This document shows, in pieces, positions 22,066 to 32,754 of a stretch of 64,000 nucleotides of DNA. The stretch's first letter is position 1; each line of letters starts with the position of its first letter. This DNA comes from Perkinsela sp. CCAP 1560/9. Taxonomy: Eukaryota; Protista; Euglenozoa: Kinetoplastea. The DNA lies in the NCBI GenBank assembly GCA_965644495.1, contig CBFFSA010000003.1:186001-250000 (forward strand). Direction: 5' to 3'. Position numbers and translations under genes: made by a program. The notes below the pieces were generated by a model, which was not told the DNA's origin, searched no databases, and was given only the letters and a program-made list of their open reading frames with translations.

Positions 22066-23010
22066 CTTGCATAACATTATCGACTTCTATTTTAACTGTC
22101 ATGACAGTTTTTTAGATGTCGTATCAACAAACTTCAAGTAACTTTAGTAACTTAGCTTTAGTCTCTCTTTCATCTTCTTTTAGTCTAAGATCTCTTCTAA
22201 TCATGAGTAAATGCTTTCGTTTGAGCCACCACCACCCAACCCGTCCAGCGACCCATGACGCCCAGCCTCCCCTGTCACCCCCCCCCCCCAACCCCTCACC
22301 AAACCACCCCCGACGCCAGCCTCCCCGGACCGCCCAACCTCTCACCCAGCCATCCCCGACGCCAACCCCCCCAGCCACCCAGCCTTCCGAGCCGAACCTC
22401 TGTTACTGGGGGGGGGGGTGTCTTACTGGGGGTATACGGTAGTACCGTCTCTTCATAGTAAAATTTGGCCTTCCAAGCTCTTTGAGGAGACCCATTTCAA
22501 GCCTGCCCCGAACATAAGGCCGCCTTCCGCGGATCCGTAGGCACTTGTGAAACTTCCCCCCATTGTCTTTGTCTCGACAAACAAATCGATAGATTGTGGA
22601 AGTGGATGGTGAACCTTGTGAGCCAACAAGTGTATATCCTATTAGCAACCTGCTCCGGGCTGTGAAGCTTTCGGAGACAGGTCTTTACACTTTTTTCAAG
22701 ACTGGCTCTAATTTGACGTGGTCTGGTCCCTTTATTGACCAGTCGTCTCTTGGCAACACGATGGGCACGGCTAGAACGGTATTGCCCACCTCTTTTCCTG
22801 TTGCGTGCCAGCTCACGACATACCGTACTTGGGGACTATTATGTAGAAATTAACCTTTTGTTGCGCTGAGTATGACAATTTGTTGCACTGACATTGACAA
22901 TCCACCATGCACCGTACATGGATAAAGTTAAGCCTTTTAATACAAAGGTTTTACCATGCTTATACGCGATGACAAACCTCCTGGAAGTAGATACATATGG
23001 TTTTTAAATA

Positions 23011-24581
23011 CAGGGGTGAAAACTTCCATCTGGGGGGGGGTCTAAAATTTGTAAAATTTGCTCAATTTTGTAAAATAATAGCGCATTGGAGAGCTCTCGC
23101 AGAGTTGTATGTCTTTGGCGTATTCGGAACGCTCGACTTGAAAGATTTAATCTGATGACAAAAAAATAATTTTTTTTCTTGTGAAAATATGGCAATTTTT
23201 TGTTTTTCCCCATTTTATGCCTCAAAAGCGAGTTCGCTCAAGGACTTCCCGTGGTGTTTTGAGCGCACGCTCCTATGCCTCACCAGGGAAGATTAAGGAA
23301 AGTCACAGGATGCTTCTTGTGGCGGACTTTGAGAAAACAGAGTCTTATTCCCGGACTGCCCAAAATTTTGGTGTCCACGAGGGAACTGTGAAACTCTGGG
23401 TGGAAAGATTTAATTGCACTGGCGACGTGGCCAGTCCATCCCCTACGCGTCAACCTAGGGTCACCACCTCTGATCTTATGAAAGTATCTTTAAAGCTTAT
23501 TGATGACGCTTATCGTGACCTTCCTTATGGTATCTCCACTTGGAGCGAGCTCTGGAGAGAGGTAAAGCGACGTGGCTTCACATGTTCAATAACATCCCTA
23601 AGGAACATGTTGAAAAACTCAAAAGAAAAAATTGTGCTCAGAACAGCTTTAAAGACCCTTTTCTTATCTAATAATCATAAGGAGCGCAGAGTGCAATTTG
23701 CCACTGAAGTGCTACAGTGGAGCGACGCTGCGCTGGAAAATATTATTTTCTGCGACGAAAAAAAATTTACGTGCAAAAGATCCACCCGACCCACGTACCT
23801 TTGCCGAAAATCTGACCCCCCCAAAGAACAAACAGGGGAATTAGAACCCTAGCATGGTGGAGAAGGTATTATGGTTTGGATGGGGGTGAGCTTAAAGCAT
23901 GGGTTTCATTTACACGTATTTCCTACCCATGATTCTCAAGGAAACAAAGTAACTGTAAAGGGACAAAATTTTTATGAAGCCATGAAAAAAAAGGGGGGTC
24001 TGTTCCAATATTTAAGGAGACATCGGGCCACAATAGTGATGGACAATTGCCCGGCACATAATAAGGCTCGTGCCGCGGCCCAAGAAAAGGGTTATTCTTG
24101 GCTCCGATGGCCAGCACGATCCCCTGATCTAAACCCCATAGAAAATCTTTGGTCAATAATGGACGGGACAAAGGACCGAATTCAACCCAAAAATCAACAA
24201 CAATTACTCTCCGCAATTCATGATTCCTATGATAAACTTAAGACAGAACAAATATCCAAATTTGAGAATACGCTAAAAAGCTTCAGAAAGCGTTGTAGAA
24301 TCATTGTAGAAAAGAACGGTGCACATTGCGGATACTAACAGGGGTTACTAACAATCTTTTTGGGGGGAAAAACGTTATTTTTTAACTTTTTTGTATCATT
24401 TTTCAAGTGACAATTCGAGTTTTTGACCTATTCGGCATTTGTAGTTCCACTTTGATATGTTAAAAGCTACCAGTACGAAGACATACAACTCTGCGAGAGC
24501 TCTCGAATGCGCTATTATCTTACAAAATTGAAAAGTTTTTACAAATTTTAGACCCCCCCCAGATGGAAGTTTTCACCCCTG
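23011..24581 (+). mobile_element. Full-length Tc1/IS630-like transposon; transposase 23217-24338 has one in-frame TAG (23850-23852)
   Basis: ~110-bp TIRs caggggtgaaaacttccatct; TA TSD; IIFCDEKKF, IVMDNCPAH, WPARSPDLNPIENLW. Confidence 0.92.
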
Positions 24582-25105
24582 TATGTATGAAAGTCTGCGA
24601 CTTCCCGTCTCATCAGAAATGCTTTTGCAGGCACGTCCCAAAGTTCTCCACGAAATGCACGCACTTACCGCTAGACTGGCGGACGAATTATGGAAAATTT
24701 TGTGCTCCGACATTGACACGTATTCCTATGTTGGATTGGCCGTAGACACGGGTATTGACCGTGTAAAAGCTGAGCACATAATGATCGTAGTGCTTTACGT
24801 GGAACGTCACGAGTATATTCTCCCTCCTATCTATTCCACCAGACACAAGGCGTATGATGGCTATGCCATGGCCAAAGAGCTTATGGACTGTTTGTCAAGT
24901 AACTTGGGGGAAGAACGACTTCTCAAGCTCGAAATTTTAATGGTGGAAGGTTCTACGGTAAATCACGTTGCCCGTGTTCATTGTGAGGGATTCCTAAAGA
25001 CAATCTACGATCGCATATCTCTTGTTGGTGACAATGATCTGGAAAACATAGAACTTGGTGTCAATCGGTTGTGTCGGGTCTCACTTTTGTCTTGCGTAGG
25101 TCATA

Positions 25106-25260
25106 CAGTGGTTTCAGTTGATCTTGCCCCCCCTCGGAATTTTGATTTTGATTTATCCGTTTTTGCTCATCTTTGCAGCATTGGAGAGATCTCGTTCCCC
25201 TAGCGAAGAGCTTTGCCGCCTTTTTTTCATAGAGACCCCCTGGTGCCCCCTGGGTGACCC
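25106..25260 (+). mobile_element. Transposon terminal fragment (second copy at ~41492-41645)
   Basis: TA|cagtggtttcagttgatcttgcccccc... occurs twice with high identity. Confidence 0.7.
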
Positions 25261-25460
25261 GAAAGTTGACCAAAATGAAACCCAGCCCAGCGACCCCCAC
25301 CCGCTCAAACACCCCCTCCCCCCTTCACCCACCCTCCCGAACCAAATCTCTGTTACTGGGGGTCAGCCCAAAAATGGTCAAATCTCTGTTACTGGGGGGG
25401 GGTCTATTACTGGGGGGGTATACGGTAGTACCGTCTCTTCATAGTAAAATTTACATACCA

Positions 25461-25711
25461 AGCGGCACATTGACAATACATAAGGCACATTGATAATGCA
25501 TAAGGTGTATTGATAATGCATAAGGCACATTGATATTGCATAAGGCACATTGATATTGCAAGAAATTGGGCACTTTTGTATTGCATAGTAAGCGGCACAT
25601 TGATAATGCATAAGGCATATTGATAATGCATAAGGCATATTGATAATGCATAAGGCATATTGATAAGGCATAAGGCATATTGATATTGCATGAGGCACAT
25701 TGATAATGCAT
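25461..25711 (+). repeat. 20-bp tandem array (aaggcacattgataatgcat)n upstream of an IS30-like ORF
   Basis: About 11 units; related units at 36291-36380 (inverted), 37349-37386, 40795-40930, 41355-41490 (inverted, divergent) and 43997-44040 (inverted). Confidence 0.92.
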
Positions 25712-25751
25712 AATCGATTTTTTTCTAATTTCCACTTTTTTTTGTCGGGCA

Positions 25752-26443
25752 ATGTCGAACTTCAATAAAGTGAAAACGCGTCTTGATTCGGATGATCGAG
25801 CGATGATAGAACTGTTGCATAACCAACAAGAGTTTTCTCAAGAGGAGATAGCGGAGAAGGTAAAAGCCTCTCAATCTACAATCAGCCGGGAGTTTGCCCG
25901 GGGCACCTTCAAAGACGTTTATCACGCGAAGCGCGCCCATCTTGCGTGCAGTAAAGCGATGTCAAAGCGCAAGGGAAAGGCTTACAAAATCGAAGGTGAC
26001 GTGGAGGAAAAGGTGATCCGTCTATTGGAACGACGATTTAGCTCGCGGCAGATCAGCGTGGTCTTACGTAAAGAAGATGACGTTAAGGTGTCGCGTGTCG
26101 CAGTGTACGGTTTTATCAGGCGTGATGAATCCCTCGGGGGAACACTGTATAAGTGCCTGCGTCGAGGCGGTGGTCGAGGCCGTCGCCTGCGCGGCAAAAG
26201 CCGTTTTAAGATCCCGAATCGCACAGACATTAGCGAAAGGCCCAATGTTATCAACACGCGGGGAAGATTTGGTGACTGGGAGTGCGGCCTAATAGAGGGG
26301 TCAACGCACAGTGGGTTCTTCCTAAGTTTGCTGGAACGGAAAAGCAGGTTTGGTACACTAAAGCTACTGCGCACGAAGAAGAATGAGGTCGTTGCAGAGG
26401 CTATTGGTAGCGCCCTGGAACACTATCTTGTTCATACGATTAC
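25752..26443 (+). pseudogene. IS30-family transposase truncated at HTIT, just before the second catalytic Asp
   Basis: SQEEIAEKVKASQSTISRE; ISERPNVINTRGRFGDWECGLIEG; LLERKSRF; an insertion follows. Confidence 0.88.
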
Positions 26444-26611
26444 GGGCTTGAGGGCACGTTCGTTGAATCTTCAACGAACTGAGCGCCCGTTCGTTGAACA
26501 TTCAACGAACGTGTCCCCTGGGGGTGCAATTTTGTTTTCCCACAAAAAAAATTTATTTCCCCAAAAAATATATTTCCCCTCCCACAGGAATGGCTGCGAC
26601 ACCTAGTTTAG

Positions 26612-26805
26612 GGGTCTAGAGGTCCAACTGTGAGGGAAGCCCACGTCTGCGAGCAAGGCCCAACTGTGAGCGAAGCCCACGTCTGCGAGCAAGGCCCAAC
26701 TGTGAGCGTAGCCCTGGGATATAATTATTTTTTTCTGGGGACCCGCGCGCTCCAGCGCGCGGGTCGCGCACTGAGAACCTGTGTCTGCCACTTCCTCAGG
26801 ATTGA
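26612..26805 (+). repeat. Merlin-associated GC-rich terminal module (34-bp direct repeats plus hairpin)
   Basis: ggcccaactgtgagcg units; inverted homologues at ~37108-37340 and ~44325-44476. Confidence 0.8.
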
Positions 26806-26823
26806 CCAGAGGCAATAATTACT

Positions 26824-28130
26824 ATGAATGATCTTGCTTCCTTAAGGCATTTTTTTCTACGTTCGCCTTTTATGGATCCTGGGGACGAGGATTTGTTTTC
26901 TCAGGGTGCAGAAAGGTTGTTTGCGCGGTTTCTTGCGGCCTTCGAATACACTGCACAACGGCGGGATGATGATCGGCAGGGTGATAATCAACGTGATGGG
27001 ACTCAGCCAGACCTCGTTGAAACTAATGGTACATCACGCCGTACGTGGCGAAATCTTGAGGTTCGGCCGGTTTGTAGGGGGTGTCCGGGATACGCCTGCG
27101 TGAGGCTATGGCGAAGCGTTGCCGCTATTCCTCAGGGGAATGATGCGGAGAAGTGGATGAAGTGCCATGGTCTGTTTGCCCTCCCCGAATGCCCCGATCA
27201 TGGGAACCAGTTCATGGTTGACATCCCGGGTAACGATCTGATGTGGCTTTGTGTGCACCGTGAACCTGGTGATCGGAATTCTTGCCGAGCGCACGTTATT
27301 TCTTCCATACGTATATTTCTTTCCATACGTATATTTCTACGCACACTTTGCTGACTCCGAGCATGCTTCTCTTGGTGTGGGCCGATATTGCTAACCATTT
27401 ATGCACTGGACAGATTTGCGGGAACCGTGGTATCGGAAGAAAGGTTGTAGAGGACACCTTGCGTAACCTCGGGGAGGCTGCGCTTGGTCAAGAACGCAAA
27501 TTTGGTCACTCTTTTTCGCGAATCCAAGTGGACGAGACGTTCATTGGTAAGCGGAAATAAACCGTAATTTATAACCGAGGTCGTCGACAACGTCAGCGGG
27601 GTTGGTGGTTCGCAACACTAACTGAGCAGGAGGGTCGGAAAATGGGTCTTACCCATTGGAAGCTGGTAAAGCGTCGTGACCTGGAAACTCTGCATTCCTT
27701 CATTCTCCCGCATCTGGCCAGGGCGCGGACTGTTGTGGTCAGCGATTGTTGGAAAGGGTACGTCAACCTCGGTGAGTATTGCCGGCACTACGCGGTGAAC
27801 CACAGTAAGGAGTTCGTGACCTATCAAAGGTTTGTACCTATCAAGTAGTTCGTGACCTATCACACCAACCACGCGGAGGGCGTCCACGGTACCATAAAGG
27901 GTTGGGTTAAGCGTCAACACTACAATTACGGGGCCACCCCTTTGCAACTCCAGCGGAATGTTGCGCTTCAGTGCGTGAAGCCTGGTGCTACTCACATGGG
28001 TAGAGAGCAAGCTTGGCAATGTCGGATGCAGAATCTTTTGAACTGCTGCACTACGGGGCTGAAAATCCTGAATGGGAGGAAGTCAGCGAGAGTTCGTGTA
28101 GCGACAGCGACGTTAGTGGAGATTCTGACG
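26824..28130 (+). pseudogene. Merlin (IS1595/ISXO2-like) transposase, frameshifted
   Basis: Zn-ribbon CPDHG; IQVDETFIGKRK..NRGR; VVSDCWKGY; HYAVNHSKEFV; HTNHAEG. Confidence 0.88.
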
Positions 28131-28241
28131 ACAGTTTATAATTCAATAAATTTTGTTTTTTTATACATAGTGCTTTACATATTTTGCTGGGACTCAGGGC
28201 TCAACCTGACTGGTTAAAAAAGCAACAAAAAAAACGATAAA

Positions 28242-28264
28242 GATACAGTTTCTGTACTTTGTTG
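28242..28264 (+). other. Spliced-leader (mini-exon) 3' relic
   Basis: gatacagtttctgtactttgttg matches the conserved kinetoplastid SL 3' part (CAGTTTCTGTACTwTATTG); not followed by a GT donor. Confidence 0.75.
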
Positions 28265-31200
28265 ATTTCTTTTTTTAATCTAGTCTTCTCTTGGGGCTCA
28301 GTTCTCCTATGACACAGGTGAAAAATCCTCAGACCCACGTAGGTACGAACGAAGACTCTCATTCATTCCATCAGAATATTGACGTCAGCGAAGGTACTCT
28401 CAGTGAAAGCGCTCTCATCGACGAAGAGCGTTCCCACTGTCCCGGCAGTTGGGACCAATTCGATGGCAACAAGCACCTGATCTCCACTGCGAGCACTTAC
28501 GACGAACAATTTTACACTACCCCGATCCCGAAGAATATTCCCAAGGAATGGATGGAGCGCGTACGCCACATCACACAGGAGAGGGAAACTCCGGACACAG
28601 GACACGCAGAGGCCGAAGATGAGGAAACACAACACTGTGCGGTGAGAAGGCAGAAAATAACGCAAGAAGACGCACTCGCACCCAAGGCCGCCGATAAAAG
28701 CTATACTCAAAGCCGCAGTGAAAGACGCTCTTTCCCGCCAACTGCAAAACACGTCACCATCGAAAGGGGTCACCAAAACGGACTCGCGTCCGTCAAGACG
28801 AACACCTTGGACATACCATTCTTCACCCCGGCACGCTGTAAACAAGACCACCTCCGCGGAAAAAACACAAAGTGGAGAAGAGTATCGGGAATGCCCAGCG
28901 GTGGGATGCTCTTGGCGAAGTCCGCCGCACGGAGGGTCGTGACAAGCATTCTACAATCACGTCGCATGTCGCCACGGTAACTGCGTCCCCGCCACATGGT
29001 GGGATAAAGAAGGTCGATTTCTGTGCAATTTATGCGGGCGTCACTACGATATCAACAAAAGGGAGACTCACCCACAAGCCTGTAAGGGGAGGATAACAAA
29101 AGCCCAAACCTCGCCGCATACGACACACCCGAGCGACGAAAGCCATCCCCCAGGGACCCAAACGCATCACTCCGAACTTCCCTCACTGACCACGTGCAAG
29201 GACGTGCCCCCTCGCTGCCGCCAACTCTGGGGAGAAATCCTTACAAAAGCAGCTAAAAACGCAGTCACCGAGAACTCTACAGCCGCATGGACCCTACTCG
29301 CTATGCTTCCGAAGTGCTTACTACCAGCCCCACACCGAGGAGGTCGCAAGAACCACACAACTTACTCATCATACGTCCAGAAGTGCATGAACCGATGGCT
29401 TGCACAAGACTAAATGTCTCCCTATGGAGACTTTATGTCTCCCTATGGAACGAAGCAGTAGACAACACACAGAAGAAACAATCCGCTGCTTCTACAGCCG
29501 TCCACGACGAGGAGGAAAAAGCCGCTATTCGAGCAGAGTTGCTAGTTCGACGAGGTGAGTACTCTAGGGGTATGGCTGCACTTACCGCGGATTCTATGGC
29601 GCCCGACGACGAAGACACCTTCCGTAAGCTTCAAAGCAAACACCCTTGCCGTCATCCAGACAGTGACATCATCGACTATGCGCCTCCGTCCACAGAGCCT
29701 TTAGTAGTGCAGGAACCCGCGGTAGAAAAAACGATCAAAAGCTTTCACAGGGGTTCCTCGGCAGGAACAATGGGTTTGCGACCCGAGCACTCACAAGCTG
29801 CACTTCTGGCGCGCGTAGACAACACGGTGAAACCTCTTAACGCGCTTACACATCTTGTGAACCACCTGTTAGCCGGGAAAGCACCCCTAGAGGTACAGCC
29901 ATACTTCGTGGGAGCCAGACTTTGCGCCTTGGAAAAGGGTGAAAACGATGTCCGACCTATAGCAGCGGGAGAAACAATACGTCGATTGGTGAGCAAAGCG
30001 GCGTGCAATGCAGTGAAGAGCAAAGCTAGCGAAATATTCAAGGGGTTACAGTTCGGAGTTGCGACGCCGGCAGGAGCTGAACGAATAATTCACACTTGCC
30101 GGCATGCCATGGCAATCCACACAGACAACCCCGACCTGGTACTGTGCAAAGTCGACCTGAGCAACGCCTTCAACAACGTAAGCAGATCAACTTTCTTGAA
30201 ACTCGTAAGCGATCACTTCCCGGAATTGCTTCCATGGGCAATCTGGTGCTATACGACAACCAGTGTTTTGACACCCTATTCTCGGATGAAGGCGTTCAAC
30301 AGGGAGACCCCCTAGGGCCGCTTTTCTTTTCACTGGTCTCTCTGGAGCTTGCGAACGAGATCTATCTCCAGACCGACCTCCACTTGCAATTATGATACCT
30401 GGACGATGGAATTCTCATTGGCAGGGCTGAAGATGTCAGGAACTCGCTGGATACGATTGCGAGGGTGGGTCCGCGTTGGGGGCTTTATTTGAACGTGGCA
30501 AAGTGCGAAATTATCACCCCCCCCCTGCTTCGGCTAACGTTGTGGCCATGTTCCCAGACATACCCGACTCCAAAATAAACGTCTGCAGCAATCTTAGCGT
30601 CCTAGGAAGCCCAATTGGGTCCCCTGAATACTGCGCTGAATACCTGATGACTCATGTTGTTGAGCCGGCGGAAATGGCACTGAAAACAATAACTACGATC
30701 AGGCACCCACAGGTAGCCATGGTGCTAATTCGACAGTGTGCGGGTTTCTGCAAAATGGTGTATGCGTTACGAACCACGCCACCGCAATCACTTATGCACC
30801 TCTGCGAGCGTTTTGATGACTTCCTCATGCACACGGTCGAATCAATGTCCCTTACCTCCTCCCGCACGCTCCCAAATTCAACGCATGAAACGACATGGAG
30901 GTTTCGGGCTAAAATCGGCGACCCTACATGCATCCTCCGCTTACGTCTCTTCCGTAGCTTTCGCAGCGGCGACGGACTCTTGGGATCCTTCTGAAGTCGA
31001 GGGCTTCCTGCTCGCAATTGAAGACGTGAACTCCAAAGTGGGTGTTAACCTCCTCGACTCAACAGGGCACGTACGTTCTATCCCGCGCCACAAGTGTGAA
31101 GAAGTCTCACCCCAGTCCCGTTCTTCCAAAAGGCCTCGTCAGCCTGACATCGATTATTCTTTCGAGTCTACGATTCTCCCTTCCCTTCCACGCGAGCGCG

Positions 31201-32515
31201 CATTGACTTCTCCCGCAGACTTTCTTTCCACTTCAAACCCCCTACACGCAGCGGACTGCGTTGATGCGGAGCCGCCGGACTGGGAAAAGAAGAGCGTCCC
31301 CCGTCAAAAAGACATAAGTTACGCGATCTCCGCCGCGGAGTTTTCTTGTGCGTATGAAAACGCCGACGCGAGGACTCGTACACGCTGGACTTCCCAATGC
31401 GGTAAAGGTGCGAGAAGTTGAGCGTTCGTGACTCCGTCAAAAGACACTGGCCACGCTCTTAACCCAACAGAATTCCGCATCTTATCCCGCTGGTGGTTGG
31501 GTGTGTCGGTCTACGGGGAGGAAGGTACATGTCCCAAGGGGAACTGCACCCTCCCACTGGACAAGGATGGGGATCATGCCCTCACATGCAAGCACGGGGG
31601 CGGTATCCTAAGCCGACACAACTCTTTGGCGGACCAGTTCGCTGATACCTGCAGCAACGCATATTTAGCTCCCCAACGGGAAAAAAGCCTTAGGAATAGG
31701 GGCCCCGGTGGTGCCTTGACTAGACCTGGGGATGTCTTCCTGCCGAGCCTTTTCCTCGGAAAGCCCATGGTGCTTGACTTCGCGGTCACTCACGCCCAGC
31801 AACCTAAATACACGGACACAGTCCGAAATGCTAGCTGGGTGGCCGCGGGGTCCTTCGCCGAGCACTACTCCTCGGATCAGAAAGCCCGACCGCGCCGTGA
31901 AGCTGAAAACGCCGGAAGCGATTTCACAGCGATGGTTGTCGAGAGCTACGGCTCTTGGAGCACCAGCGCCTGAGCAGTACTCCGGAAAGTTGGCGAACGC
32001 AGAGCGAAAGCATCCAACGGCGTTCTGTCCGACGACGCGTCTACGCTCCGACTCATGACGGATATGAACGTCACACTGATGCGTTCCCAAGCACGCATGA
32101 TGATCACGCGTCTGCCGGTAGTGGATTCCCCAGCTCCGTTAATCGAACAATAGCTCGATAAGGGACATGCGACGTGTGCCACAGAGCCGGCACTGGTGCT
32201 GGTTGAGTCGACAGAGTCTATTCTCACACCTAGCTCGCGAGGGCTAGGTACCCCAAGTGAGGTGGTACACGGGTTGTGAATCTCCTCCCCGTCGACCAGC
32301 ATCTTGTTTCGCGACCGTGTCGCTGTCGACACAGGCCCGCGCCTGCCCCCTCCCGTATAACAAGGGAAAGGTTCACAAGTCAGGCCGCGGAGAGGTCGAA
32401 AGACCCGGTCCGGAACGCGCGGATGGATTGGGCGTGGATTGCTTCTTTATATTATTGTTGTTATTATTGTTATTATTAAATAACAATAATTAAATTGTTA
32501 AATTGTTATTATTAA
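28242..32515 (+). mobile_element. Near full-length CRE-clade non-LTR retrotransposon (LsmAD-like domain, zinc fingers, RT, RLE), decayed
   Basis: CPAVGC..HVACRH zinc finger; RPIAAGE, KVDLSNAFN, GVQQGDPLGP, YLDD; CCHC DHALTC, RHN, RPGD, LDFAVT, VESYGSW; (TTA/TTG)n tail; several stops and frameshifts. Confidence 0.9.
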
Positions 32516-32754
32516 ATACTTCTGTGGAAAGAAAAAGAATTGCTAATTTGATTGCTCGTTTTCAATTCATATACCACCGCTAAATCATTCAATTCGCGCG
32601 ACCCCCGCTAAATAGGGGGGGAAGGTGGTAGTTGTGGGGTATGGAGGCCTCTCGCAACTCCGGGGCCTCACCGGGAGCAAAGGTGAGATCCACTTGCCGC
32701 CCCGCCTAAATGCATTTTTCCTTTTTTTCTAAAAACTTTTTTGAAGGGCCTTTC

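Larger units (their letters stand above)
19492..22439 (+). mobile_element. pogo-family DNA transposon
   Basis: TIRs ccgtatacccc..cagtaa / ttactgggggtatacgg flanked by TA; GC-rich subterminal repeats. Confidence 0.85.
18764..22906 (-). mobile_element. Second IS30-family element, internally deleted and invaded
   Basis: IRs tgtggattgtcatactcag|tgcaaca and tgttgcactgacattgacaatccacc; TSD ATG at 18761-18763 and 22907-22909; N-terminal remnant STVCRELARN...SPEQVA...STIYRF on the minus strand at ~22500-22835. Confidence 0.82.
18439..25105 (+). pseudogene. Fragmented hAT-like transposase split by nested IS30 and Tc1 insertions
   Basis: Pieces 18439-18763, 22910-23010 and 24584-25105 align in order with the 33.4-36.0-kb transposase (CNHCKW; VLPCLYAMTNL; GLAVDTGIDRV; LLSCVGH). 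Confidence 0.75.

Noticed and set aside
25461-25711. 20-bp array as a CRISPR array
   Set aside because: Head-to-tail repeats with no spacers and no cas genes
28226-28320. Functional SL RNA gene
   Set aside because: No GT donor or SL intron after the exon, no AACTAA-like 5' end and no tandem array
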